Notes under the pieces: generated by a model
The model's input: the letters and a program-made list of their open reading frames with translations, nothing else
What the model was told of the DNA's origin: nothing
Databases searched by the model: none
Made by a program: the position numbers and the translations under genes
Source: Octopus sinensis
Taxonomy: Eukaryota
Reading direction: 5' to 3'
DNA: 64,000 bases
Assembly (NCBI RefSeq): GCF_006345805.1
Contig: NC_042999.1
Location: 71,238,001 to 71,302,000 of the forward strand
Part shown: piece by piece, positions 13,318 to 26,335 of the stretch
How the letters are laid out: every line of letters starts with the position of its first letter
Position numbering within the stretch: the stretch's first letter is position 1

Positions 13318-13910
13318 AGAAATATTAAAATTACTAAGTCTCTCTAAAAGAGAACAGCGGCAGCGTTCCCGGAAAATAATAGTTATCGCCATACTAATAT
13401 GGCATTCTTATAAAAATAAGAATAAAGCTGTCCGCTTATTAGCTCCATGAGGCCATCGCCTTAAGTTAGCTATTTGATACACAAAATGTATCCATATAAC
13501 CTTCTTATTTTTATAAGAATGCCATATTAGTATGGCGATAACTATTATTTTCCGGGAACGCTGCCGCTGTTCTCTTTTAGAGAGACTTAGTAATTTTAAT
13601 ATTTCTATTATTGAAAACAAGTGGATGTATTCCACCGAAACTAGGTAAATAAAACCATCGAACAGAGATTGTCGGAAGCGACACCTACTGGCTGGCTACG
13701 CTGCATTGAAAAGGGGCAATACCCCGAAACGCGTCTGTAGCTGCCGGTCAAGTAGTGTGGAGCGACTGACCTCCCTTGTTCGAAGGTTATATGGATACAG
13801 TTTGTGTATCAAATAGCTAACTTAAGGCGATGGCCTCATGGAGCTAATAAGCGGACAGCTTTATTCTTATTTTTATAAGAATGCCATATTAGTATGGCGA
13901 TAACTATTAT
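13316..13910 (+). mobile_element. Hammerhead-containing retrozyme-like / Penelope pseudo-LTR unit (362-nt monomer plus inverted partial copy) in (TA)n
   Basis: 13502-13548 is repeated directly at 13864-13910; 13316-13503 is an inverted copy spanning the monomer junction; (TA)n on both sides. Confidence 0.8.
13700..13741 (+). ncRNA. Minimal type I hammerhead ribozyme (U3-A8 variant core)
   Basis: GCTGCA-TTGAAAA-GGGG caata CCCC-GAAA-CGCG-TC-TGTAGC: stem I GCTGCA/TGTAGC, 4-bp stem II, palindromic helix III, GUC site. Confidence 0.75.
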
Positions 13911-13946
13911 TATATATATATGTATATATATATATATGTATGTATG

Positions 13947-13983
<37 letters not shown>

Positions 13984-13984
13984 C

Positions 13985-14031
<47 letters not shown>

Positions 14032-14549
14032 CAGATAAGTAACAAGGTATTAGTGCATTAGGACCATTTCAGGCGGCTCCATTTAATCGACAAATACAAG
14101 CATTAAATCAATTTGAAATACATCGCCCTCTTCGGATGCGTAAGACCATACAGGTTTTCAACATACAGGATGCTCCATAAAAATATTTTAGCAAATATTT
14201 CATCAGAACTAGAGAATAAAAGAATGGCATGCTTGTTGCTATTGTTATAGGAGAATGAAGTTAGGGAGAAAATACCCCAACTATAATTTAGAGTGGCAGA
14301 AGAGACTAACAATGGACGTCATGAGATGGTAATTCAGCTACATTTATCTACTTATCACTATCGAAAGATCTAAAGCTGTGTGTATAATACCGAACTAACT
14401 TAGTGCCTAATTCAACTGAACCTTAATTATGTATGTATGTATGTATGTATGTATGTATGTATGTATGTATGTATGTATGTATGTATGCATGTATGTATGT
14501 ATGTATGTATGTATATTTATATGTATATATATATGTATGTATGTATATA

Positions 14550-14591
<42 letters not shown>

Positions 14592-14754
14592 TATAATATA
14601 TATATATATATTTTTGGTGATTTCTTTTCCTTCTTTGGACTTTTCCCTTTCTTCCTTCCGACGAAGAGCTATGCTGCACGTCATCTTGCTGTCCGTTAAT
14701 TTTATTCGTTTATTCGAATTGACTTTACACACATACACACACAAACACACACAA

Positions 14755-14786
<32 letters not shown>

Positions 14787-14934
14787 ATATGTGTAAATAT
14801 ATAGATATATATACATGTAAGCATGCGTACATACATATATACATACAGATATGCATATATATATATACATATATATGTGTGTGTGTCTGTCTGTCTGTGT
14901 GTACGCGCGCGTGTGTGTGTATGTATATATGGGT

Positions 14935-15335
14935 ACATTGGCCCAAGAAGGACTGTACTTTCTGAATCAAAATCAGTGGGATACTTGGGCTTCGACATGA
15001 GCAATGATGCATCTCTCCTGGTACATATTGAGTTGGCAATAAAATGCAGACGGTTAACCGGATGGAACCTTAGACTTTTCAGAACGAAAGAATGGAAAAC
15101 TATGATGGTCCTAGGGACCTACTTGGTGTAGATGCAGGTGCCTACATAGCCAAACTGGATCTCATCTTGTCAAGAGCTCCGGATGAACCTACTTCGCGGC
15201 AGGAAACGCAGATGAGAGCAGCAACATCACAGTCCTCCCATTCACCAAATGTCACATATCAGAGTAGGTTTCAAGTAGTGAAGGTATAAGAAAGCTCTCG
15301 GTGAAGTCTCACTATGGCTGCAACTAGTAAAAGAA
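14935..15335 (+). mobile_element. CR1/L2-type LINE 3' fragment with internal deletion
   Basis: YIGPRRTVLSESKSVGYLGFDMSND.. and KLDLILSRAPDEPTSRQETQMRAATS match the ORF2 end at 48998-49800. Confidence 0.85.
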
Positions 15336-15779
15336 TTAAAAAATAAATGAAAAACATTTGCCTATTTCGAAGATTAACTGTCCATAATAAAGATGAATGT
15401 AAATAAATTGCTTCTATGTGTGTGAAATTTAGAAAGACGAGTGGAGAGTCGCTTGATGCGCAATTTTATAATTTACTAATCGTTTTATGTACCAGGGTTC
15501 CTTCCGCAATAGTATAGAAAATCCAAATACTGTATAATGCAGTCATAAATTATGTTAGCTCATTAGAGGATAGCTTATAAACATGCTTTGGCACAGACAC
15601 ACACTTGACTGAATCTTTCTATTATAAGTATAGTTCATTAATCAGATTTCTATACAATTTCCTTTTAGCCAATTTCATGTCACAAAGCTCGGACCGCCTC
15701 GAATCTATGATATATAAATTTGCTCAAGATTCCACTCATTGCGTGGACTTCATAATTACGAAGCGAACATCTGTCGAAC

Positions 15780-16280
15780 TGAAGGCGCTGGATTTCCTAT
15801 ATCACGTGATTTCTTTCCATTGGAAATCAGCTGTGGCAGGCGTCCTCTCATCACATGTCAGTCTAATCTCGCGGCTCCGGTATATAGGATATCGACACCT
15901 TTTCAGACACTGATGTCGCAAATAACCAGTAGACTTAACTTAACTGACCATTTTCGTCTACTACGATTTATAAGTATACTCTTATGCACCAAGCGTCTAT
16001 ATGACAAGAACGCTCAAGGCCAATAACGTAGTATTCGGTGTTCTAACAAGCGATCCACGTTAATTTGGATACAAAGATAACCTGTTGCTTTTAATACTAC
16101 GTCCGTCGCTAATAACCAATTTTTAATAAGCTTGCTAGCTATTTGCGACATCAGTTTGTGAAAAGACGCCGATGTTGTATATATAATAACAGAGAGGGGA
16201 CTGGCATGCAGTGACCGGACGCTTCCCACTGATTTGAAAAAGAATGAAAAATCAGGTAATAGGGGAGTTCCAGCGTCCAT
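15780..16280. mobile_element. Old fold-back element with imperfect inverted arms
   Basis: 15891-15922 mirrors 16140-16173; 15784-15862 mirrors 16199-16279. Confidence 0.6.
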
Positions 16281-16964
16281 GACAGACGATTGCAACTATC
16301 TATTTGTGTGCTTTTATGCACTAAACGCTTTTATGAGAGGACTTCTCAAGACTAATAATGTTGCATTTATTGTTCTGAAAAATTAAGTTGGATATAAGAT
16401 TACTTCTTGGCATTAGTACGGCTTCCGTTGCTAAAAATTGATATATGCGTTGGGTATATTCGTATTTGTATGTATTTATGTGTATAAATGTGTACATAAA
16501 CGCACACATAAACGTACGTATATAAAACGTACCAATTAATGACCCCGTTAATGCTTGTAGTCGACTACACGAATGTAAGATGAATGTTTAACATAATTTT
16601 CCTTACTCTTTCTATCCTCCGTTCGTCCATCTTCTCACACTGATATCGAAAAAAAAAAAAAGAAAAGAAAAAAGTGCACTATTAAAAATTTGACGATCCA
16701 CTAAAACTAAAAATGTCTTGGCAGAAAAGTGTAGTAGACATTTTACTTTTGCTAAACGATTTAAAATTGAAAACCAGGAAATCTTTATACCTAAACATAA
16801 AGATATATTAGCTTTTCAATATCGAGCTCTATTTATTTTGTTTTTACTCATAAACCTATATGTGTATGTATGTACATATGTGAGTATGTATGTATGCATG
16901 TATGTATATTTGTGTGTGTGTGTGAGTGTGTGCCCGTACGCGCAGGGGGGCAGTTGGGTTCTGT

Positions 16965-17505
16965 GATCAATCATAAGAAGGAAATAGGAAACTATGTTGG
17001 CCCTGTTGAGAACATGTCCTCAGTCATCTAGAGTACTGTTAGAAACATAGTATCAAACGAACAGAAGAGGTCGGGCCACCGCAATGCTATTACACCAAGA
17101 CGATTGTCTTAGTGCAACACATGAGCTACAAGGAGAATCCCTATTCCCAAATGCGAAGCCGCAGAAGGTATGTATATGCAGGGATATGTATACTTGGAGA
17201 ATACTGGAGGGTCAAGCACATAACTTTGAGACAGATACCCACGAGCTTGTCGCCACTGGATTGTACCAAACTTTCCACTCACTCCATTTAGCATCAGGAC
17301 TCAAACTGTAACAGTGTATAGCCCAATTTTTATTTGGAAAATCCACCTTATAGCAAGAAACACAAATAAGGGAAATTTTGTTTAACTCACTGGTTCACTA
17401 GCACCAAACCTGGAGAGAGGATCGTTGAAGTGAAATAAGCTGACTATCACACCAAGAGTAACGCACTAGCATGGCCGCAAACTCTGGCTGAAGTAAGTAA
17501 AAGAA
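16965..17505 (+). mobile_element. Decayed CR1/L2-type LINE 3' end
   Basis: YTWRILEGQAHNF resembles YVWKILEGIVPNF of the 49-kb copy; ends in gcatggccgc..gctgaagtaagtaaaagaa. Confidence 0.65.
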
Positions 17506-18095
17506 TACGTACACCCCGCCCCACACCGACATCCACACACGTACGTATGTACATACATACACGTGCATGACTATTTCTTGACTTTTTGCATACGGAAGTT
17601 CATTTTATTTCAATTACATGTTGCATTCAGACAAGTCACACACTGTTTTCATTCGATCCATCTCTTCTTTGTATGCATCCGTCCTCTGTCTCCCACCATC
17701 TATCCATCTGCTTATTCATACATTCGTCCATTGAGAAAATCATTCATTTATTAAATCAATCTATTATTCATTGAATCATCTGCCGATTTATTCGTTGATT
17801 GATCTCTCATATCACTCAAACTTGCTTAAATTCTATCTCTCCCTCTCTCGCACTAGTTACGACTCACATAATAACACACACACATATACTCACACAACAG
17901 CATTCATAAGCACATATATTCACAAACAAAAATGCCTAAACACATGGACTACACATACACACACATGCGCGCACGCACACGCACAGACACACACACTTGC
18001 ACATTTAGATGTGTACGTTTGTGTGTGTCTGTATGTTTAAGTGAATTCATGTCTGTCACGGGTATACTTGCTTTTCAAACTGTAAAATCTTGTGG

Positions 18096-18280
<185 letters not shown>

Positions 18281-19583
18281 TAACCGGGATAAGTCAGTGG
18301 GTTTGAAGCTTGGCTCCTGGAGAAAGAAATCCATGCAGTTCAACAGCGTCTCCAGCGTGGGACACTGGACCGACGGACCGGTTAAATTGCTCGGAGTCTG
18401 GCTCAGTTCAGACTGAGGTGGCGAATGCGTACATCGCATCAGTCATCAACTGACCGTCGTACCTTGCCCCGAACCTACCATCACCAAACTAGAACGCATA
18501 CTCTTCCGCTTTTTGTGGAAAGGAGCATTTCGATGGTAAGGCGATCCATTTGCTGTCATGGATCAAGCAGAGACCGAGGATAGGTAAATGCTACTGCAAG
18601 TGTTATTATGCTCTCGAGCAGGTTTTCCGCGTGGGACCAAACTTGTGCAACTCTACTCCCACAAAAGCGTTCTATAGAAGATTAGTGGAGGGGAGGTGTG
18701 ACGACGTTTTGGGGGAGAATCTGGGCGTCGACTAGGAACACCTGACCCGCATCTTCAGGACCATGTTCGGGCCGGGACCTATGGACAATCATCAGAGATC
18801 CCTGACCTGGCAGTGCTATCAGGGAGCATTGCCCGTTCGGGATAAGCTCTACAGGGACGGTTCGAGAAACACCGGACCGACCTTCCTGAGATACGGTCAG
18901 AGAGACGAAACCGTTCTGCACGCACTCGTGCAATGTCCAAACATTTCAGATCTGTGGGCTTATGTCAAACGGCTGCTGTCACGTGTGGAATGAATTTGAT
19001 TGTCGGCCGAGTCTATCGTGAATATTGCCCCGCCACCTTCCTGTAGGAAGGTAGTTTTCATTGTACTGGTAGCTATGGTGAAAGAATGTGTGTGGTGTAC
19101 TCGTTTGAAAGGTTTAGAAACAAATACTTTCCTTTCTGGCCAATTTCTCATCAACTTTTTCAAGTACCACTTGAAAAGGAAGGTGGGAATAGAGGGGGAA
19201 GCTTTGTCCCACGCAAGTTTCCGTAAAAGGTGGTTGAACGTAGCAAAGATGGTACGCATGAATGACAAAACCACTTTGAGCATCATTCTGTAAATCTAAA
19301 AGAGCGAGAGAGAAAGAGAGAGAGAGAGAGAGAGGAGGGAGAAGGGAGAGAGCGCTTTGCTCTCATGTGTTCTCTCCCTTTTTTTTTTTCCATGGATAAA
19401 TCTAATCTTTATTACATTTTTACTTCCCCTTTTGGGAACTCTATTACAGACGGAACGTTGTTACTTTGCTGTTTACACGTACCAAACTTTTTCGATCCTT
19501 TTGATCTTTTTTTTTTCTCTTTCGAAAAGAAAAGTTCTACATTGTATTTTTCCCTCTGTGTTCGACCCTACGTGGCTAATAAA
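18281..19583 (+). mobile_element. 5'-truncated L1/Tx1-type LINE, older copy B
   Basis: NRDKSVGLKLGSW..VKLLGVW, LPVRDKL, ETVLHALVQCP, ECVWCTR (L1/Tx1 ORF2 C-terminus, zf-RVT); ends gtggctaataaa before (TC)n/TATC. Confidence 0.85.
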
Positions 19584-19588
19584 TCTCT

Positions 19589-19655
<67 letters not shown>

Positions 19656-20234
19656 ATAAAATTAGGCAGAATTAATCGTGTGAAAAGTAAAGAATTGAAG
19701 AATTTATACTCCACTGTCCGATTAAAATCTATTTGGCTTAGAAGTGGTTAAGTATGAGTTATTTTCTTTTGTTTTCTAAATATATTTTAAATAAACTTGA
19801 ATAGATTAAGTTCTATTGAAATGGATTAATAGGTCATTTTTACTGTGAGAAGTATTTGTTCTTGAAATGCATTTGAACGGAAAATTTGATCTAAATGGAA
19901 TATAGTAAATTAGAAACATGTTATATGTATACTTCCAAATGTACATAAATACACATGTACGTCTGTGTATATGTGTTTGTACATAATTTACATGAATGTT
20001 TGTATGTGTAGATATATTAATTCTTGTGTGTATATGTGTTTGTACGGACGTAAATTTGCGTATATGCTACCACCTCATCCTTCACTGCTTAGCTTCTGGC
20101 TTACAACACTGTTATGCCAGCAATAATTTATCATAGTAAATATATATGGGCGATTCTCTGAGATATTGCTTCTATACACCTTCATGCTCTCTTCCATCCA
20201 CAATGCACAGTACATTAATCTCTCATGTTTTCAG

Positions 20235-20330
<96 letters not shown>

Positions 20331-20352
20331 GCTAGCTAGCTAGCTATCTATC
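20235..20352. repeat. (TATC)n microsatellite
   Basis: Direct reading. Confidence 0.95.
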
Positions 20353-20924
20353 GACGGACGTGTTGTCACCTCGGCTCCGAAGGTAATCGTTTATTTTGAC
20401 TATTTATAGCCCATATTTGTGTACATTTTTGTAAATAAGGTGTGTAAGACACCCAACTTTCGTTTGCGTGCTTTTCCAAGGGAGGAATTCGCCCCTAGGG
20501 GCAGTTTCAACCCTAATTATATTGTATATTTTTCTTCTCGACATTAAAAAATGTCGAGAAATGTTATTGTAGAACGCTGGTCGCGTTCCTTTATGGACCA
20601 GCATTTTCCTCGTCTGGAAACGCTAGAAGAAAAAAGAACTTATGCACGCAAAGTGCAAACCTGAATGACGTGGTAGTGAACGCTGCAACCACTTGCGGTA
20701 ACAGCACTGTCACCACCACCACCACCACTAACAACAACAACAACGAGACTACTACTGCTACCACCACCACCTCCACCTCCACCACCACCACCACCACCAA
20801 CATAAATGATAAAATGAAACTCATGCGAATACTATTAACAAAAACAACAAAAAGAAGAACAACAATAAAAATGAAATAAATATCTTACTATCTAATAGTG
20901 AAGATGTTAATATAAAATAATCAA

Positions 20925-21350
20925 CAACACCAGTAAATTTCGCTGACACTCTGCGTCAGAAAAAAGAAATAGTAAAATTTACGAATGAAGAGTTAATAGA
21001 AACGAGAGCACTCTTTACAACACAAGGGCAGGATTTAGTGCTGCATACACCTCAACACATAAAGGAAGAAATAGAAAATAAGACAATTATATATAAAATT
21101 ATAAGAAAAAACAAAAAACAAAATGAACAGATTACAAAAACGGATATAGAAAGGTGTTTAAAAAGCATAATGAAAAAAAAAATAGAATATATAAACTGGG
21201 GTCCCCAGTTTATTACAGTGGTGGTCCGCTTCCCTAACCAGGAAGTGGCAAAAGCTCATACGGTCGAGACAATAAATATACAAAGAATAATGCATATATA
21301 TGCCGAGGAAAAAGAAAGACACAACCAGGTAGAATGTTTAAGAGAAAATT
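20925..21350 (+). pseudogene. Possible decayed LINE ORF1 (gag-like) N-terminal fragment
   Basis: VNFADTLRQKK followed by a Lys-rich, non-microsatellite 104-aa ORF (21038-21352); no diagnostic domain. Confidence 0.3.
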
Positions 21351-21994
21351 AACTGATATATTAACATGTGTGACTGTGTATGCGTCATGTATACAGAATA
21401 ATGGACAGGCCGTGATGAGAACAAAGTGTATGTGTATGTATAGGCATGGATGTATGCCTGTGCGTTAAGTACAGATAAGAATAGTAAAGAAGAAGAAAAA
21501 CATTGAAAGAGTCTATAATGATAAGTTAGAAGAATGTTCATAGACACAAGAATGAGAATACCAGTTTGTAGCCAATTGTACACGATAGTTGAAATACTGT
21601 ATCAAGACGTTGCGGCGATGATGCAGAGCCGATTGAGGTACATGTCATACGTGAAGTTGTGGCTGTGATGCTGCTGCCTGGGTCACTTGTATATTCGCTG
21701 TTGATCCACGGTGAAGTAGTTCACGAACAGTGCAGTGTTTGTAACTTTTGTGAGTTGGTTGTTGAGTTGCGTAAATAGAGAGATGTTGACGTTAGGCCGA
21801 ATGGCGGCGGAGATGGAGGTCGCTGAATGCTGTTGGACGAAGTTGGTAAGTCTCAACGGTGTTGCTGTTGTTTTGTCGCTGGAACTGGCTGTGTCTTGTG
21901 TGGTCAGTGGCTAGACCTCAAAAGGTCTGAAACTAAAGACGTCGAGACGATGAGAAGCTTGAGTTGTAGGCTCAAAGTTGGGTAGAAAACAGGC

Positions 21995-22095
21995 TGTCAC
22001 ACGTGACCTTATTTGAAGGCTGCGATTGGTTGGGTTGTATATTGGCGCACGCTAGAGCAAAAGACAAATTGCGCCAGTACCAACCAATCAGAGTA
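21995..22095. promoter_or_regulatory. Promoter-like cluster: E-box, two opposed CCAAT boxes, TGGCGC motifs
   Basis: cacgtg near 22000, gattgg near 22024, ttggcgca near 22042, tgcgccag near 22070, ccaatc near 22084, beside a GC-richer unique stretch. Confidence 0.35.
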
Positions 22096-23258
22096 GTGGA
22101 CATAACAGGCTCCAAAATGCGGCCAAAGGCTAGCTGTTATCTACTACGTTCGTATGTGAGTATACATAATAGAGAGGAGATGAATTTCACTCAAATGTAC
22201 GCTACACATTCAAGTCCACTTCCATTTACCGCACTAATGTATTATCAAAGCGCTGCTCTTTGTATGTAGTTTTTTGACGTATTGTACTTATTCCCCTTCC
22301 CATCTAGCTTTGTGCCTCTTCTTCACTTCACCCCCTATACTTTTAACTCTTTAACTCCAGCCTCTTGGCTTAGCTGTTTCTTTCCATACCAAAGAGCCCT
22401 TCAATTTTATTTCTACCTTAATTTCATCACGTTATATTCCACACTGCTCACAGTAAATTAATTTTCTGATTCTTCTGAACGGCAAAATTGAAATAATAAA
22501 ATTGCTGTTATTTATGCTTCTTAATAACTCATTATTATAAATGAATTAAAAATTTTCAGCAATATTAGCGATTGCCATACCAAATTAATTACTAAATGCA
22601 TTTATTATTGAATACTTTCGTTCGTTAGATACTTTCTTCATTATTACTATCCAACTTTAAATATAAACTTATGCAATTATTATCACATGCATTTGGTCAT
22701 CATCTTGTGTACTGATGAAGGAATTTTGTATTATGCATACGACCACCTCTCTCGTTGATTTGCTTCCGTATTTTGTTAATGTTTCTTGTTAGGATGACGA
22801 TTTTAGAAGAGATCTCTTTTAGTTTCTTTGCAATTTTTTAGTTCATGGTGGTAACATGTTGTCCTGATTTTATGGCATTTTAGTTACTCGCATGGTGATA
22901 AAGTATAGGAAAATAAGTTATATTTTTTTACTCTAGTAAAAATATAATTAAAATAAAAGACGTTGACAATATACTTCCACATTTACTCACCTCTTCTGCC
23001 GTCCCCCGGAACCGAGGATAATTGTGGGGTTGTACCATATTTTCGCTAATTGATTTAGCTGCCCATGTTGTTGACGTCACGAATGTTCTATCCTTGACCT
23101 AGTGGAATATCCTGAATGTCACAGCTTGAGGGGGTTTGCACTAACTGAGAACGAATACTTATTCTAGCTGGATAGCCTGGAACAGGAGGAAAATGACTTT
23201 TAAAATGATATAATGCGTCACCGGGTCCAGAAATCGAACCCATCACTAGATGGTCGCT

Positions 23259-23260
23259 AT

Positions 23261-23350
<90 letters not shown>
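23259..23350. repeat. (TATC)n microsatellite
   Basis: Direct reading. Confidence 0.95.
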
Positions 23351-23723
23351 AGAAATTGAAAACAGAGGGTTACCCACTTGCAAACAAATGTGGTAACATA
23401 TAACAATATTAACCAAGGTTACCGCGGTCTTTTTCGTAGGCTTTTCTTCCCACGGATAAACCTTACTTGCTTTCCCCTTTACACCATACATCATAACACT
23501 GTGATACAAGATCCCTATTGATCGTTTTTTTCCCTCTTCCCCTTTTTTTAAATTTTATTTTTTGTTCTTTTTTCCTTCTTTTACGATCCCTTTTGATCGA
23601 AAACCTACGCCACCTTTTTTTTTGTTTCTTTTGTTTTTTGTTTTTTTTCATCCCCCAAAAGAAAAGCTCTACCTTGTAACTTGTCCCATCTGTGTGCAGC
23701 TCTGTGTGGCCAATAAAGAAACT
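23351..23723 (+). mobile_element. 3' UTR-only copy C of the Tx1-type LINE, inside (TATC)n
   Basis: Nearly identical to 37766-38247 apart from a shorter T-rich tract; ends ggccaataaagaaact. Confidence 0.9.
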
Positions 23724-23735
23724 TATGTATGTATG

Positions 23736-23833
<98 letters not shown>

Positions 23834-23838
23834 CCTAC

Positions 23839-23930
<92 letters not shown>
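23724..23930. repeat. (TATG)/(TATC)n microsatellite
   Basis: Direct reading. Confidence 0.95.
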
Positions 23931-24082
23931 AGGCGTAGGTGTGGTCGTGTGCTTTCCAAACACATGGTTCCGGTTTCGGTTCCACTACGTGGTACCTTGA
24001 GCAATGTCTTCTACTATAGCCTCAGGCTGACCAAATCCCTGTGAGTAGATTTGGTTGGTGGAAACAGAGAGAAGCCCGCCGT
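23931..24082 (+). mobile_element. tRNA-derived SINE 5' half (family of 48491-48897)
   Basis: cacatggttccggtttcggttccactacgtggtaccttgagcaa..ggaaacagagagaagcccg. Confidence 0.8.
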
Positions 24083-24171
24083 ATACACACACACACGCGC
24101 GCACACACAGACACTGACGCACGCACACACACGCATGTTTTTCCGGTGACCTCTCTTTGCTTATATATATA

Positions 24172-24202
<31 letters not shown>

Positions 24203-24254
24203 CATACAATTATGTATATGTATGCATGTATATATATATATATGTGTGTGTGTA

Positions 24255-24532
24255 TATTGTATAAAAGATCGTGGGTAAGACCAGAGCAATGAGAAGTAAA
24301 TGCAAGGCAAATCACAAGAAAACAAATATATGAATGAATGTAGATTTACTTGCATTCAATATTTCGGGGTTATGACCCCATCCTCAGGAAATTAACGAAT
24401 GTTGCAGATGTGCGTGTTTGTGAGTGTTTGTGGAGTAGACATGCGTGGAAATTCATATGATTGTTTTCTTGTGATTTGCCTTGCATTTACTTCGCATTGT
24501 TGTGGCCTTACCCACGATATTTTATACAATAT
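24255..24532 (-). mobile_element. Mini-element with ~80-bp inverted arms around a hammerhead-like motif (Penelope pseudo-LTR type)
   Basis: 24255-24335 mirrors 24451-24532; minus strand 24390-24355 reads ttc-CTGAGGA-tGGGG tcataa CCCC-GAAA-tatt-gaa. Confidence 0.65.
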
Positions 24533-24844
24533 ATTCTACACAATGCTTCACAGTAACTATTCCATTATATATATATATATATCACACACATACACACGCG
24601 CGTGATATTCTTTCAAGGGATGTAATAATTCTGAGTGGTGTAATTCTGAGATGATTTAATTTCTTTACCTTTTTTTCCCTTTTCTCTTTTATGTTTGGTT
24701 CTGGGATTTATGGGTTTGTTGCATTCATGCAGATTGACTTCGGCCACACAACACCAATCATTAGTCATTCATTGGTTGTTATTTTCAGTTTCTATTTTTC
24801 TTCTCGCTTGTTTACAACATTATATATGACTGTCATCATTTCTA

Positions 24845-24975
24845 AGGCGACGAGCGGGCTGAATTTTTAGCACGTCATACACACCTGCTTAACTATATTT
24901 CTTCCGGTTCTTTACGCTCTGAGTTCAAATTTGATCCTTTCGGGGTCGATAATATAATTAACAGTTGAACACTTA
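24845..24975 (+). mobile_element. Decayed Nin/Deu-type SINE fragment
   Basis: ctgagttcaaat..atcctttcggggtcgataa matches the SINE at 51596-51984. Confidence 0.6.
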
Positions 24976-25824
24976 CATGTCCTCTCAAATTTTCTGGATT
25001 TATGCCCAAATTTGTAACAATTACACTGTGTAACACGATTTTTGTCCTTGAATAGCAACTGATATTTCCTAGTTTCTTAACCTGAAGGTTAATATTTCCT
25101 TCAAACTTTGCTTTTGTTACATTTATTCTAACCCCAAAGAACCCCTCCCAACACATGTCTATGATACTGCTCTTGTTCATGAACAGAGATGCACATATTG
25201 TCAACCATTAAGAGACATGCTCATGTGGCTAAAGTCAAGTAACTTACAAGCAAATATGTGGTATAAAGCAGAATATTTGCTATAACGTTATTTCCGCTTC
25301 AGCAAGTCAGCACTGAATCTGTCTGAAATATAATGGAAAACAGGTCAGTTTCAAAACATTGATGTCCAGGTCACAGAAGTTAAGTTTGAAGGGAATAGTA
25401 GTCATTTCCTCTGATTTCTAAATAAAAACAAACAGGAAATAACACTTACTGACCAAAGACAAACGAAATTGTTACACAGTGTTATTGTCATCATTCTATC
25501 AAGTAAAATATAAAGTAAAGAAAGAGAGAAAAAGGAGAGTAAAAAAAAATGATAGGAAAAGTATGGACGAATGCAATGGTGGAAAAATGAAAGAAAAAAG
25601 GAAAACTGTGAATGTCCAATGATGACAGATCAGTGACCGTTCGTTATAAATATGTCAAAAAAACACTCTGCATGAATACAATAGTACCATATATTTCAGG
25701 GATCAACATGAAAGAAAGAAAAAAATGAAGACCCCAATAATTATAAGACTAATAATAGGTATGTTGGGGTAATCGGTCAGCAGACGTATCGCGAACGAAG
25801 AGTTAGTCAAGTACAGAGCGGTAA

Positions 25825-26150
<326 letters not shown>

Positions 26151-26159
26151 TATAGAAGG

Positions 26160-26210
26160 AGCTTCTACAGGACTAGAACTGTTTCATTCTAAAGAAATCA
26201 TCAGGAAGCT
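26160..26210 (-). ncRNA. Type I hammerhead ribozyme in a ~95-bp island inside (TA)n
   Basis: Minus strand AGCTTC-CTGATGA-tttctttagaat-GAAA-CAG ttctagtc CTG-TA-GAAGCT: canonical core, 6-bp stem I, GUA site. Confidence 0.8.
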
Positions 26211-26246
26211 TATTTACTGTGGTTAACCCCGACTCAACCCGGGACC

Positions 26247-26293
<47 letters not shown>

Positions 26294-26295
26294 TA

Positions 26296-26335
<40 letters not shown>

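Noticed and set aside
20670-20879. Thr/Asn-rich mucin-like ORF (similarly 30846-31070, 31864-32055, 41967-42208)
   Set aside because: Trinucleotide repeats explain the open frames; no splice or domain support.
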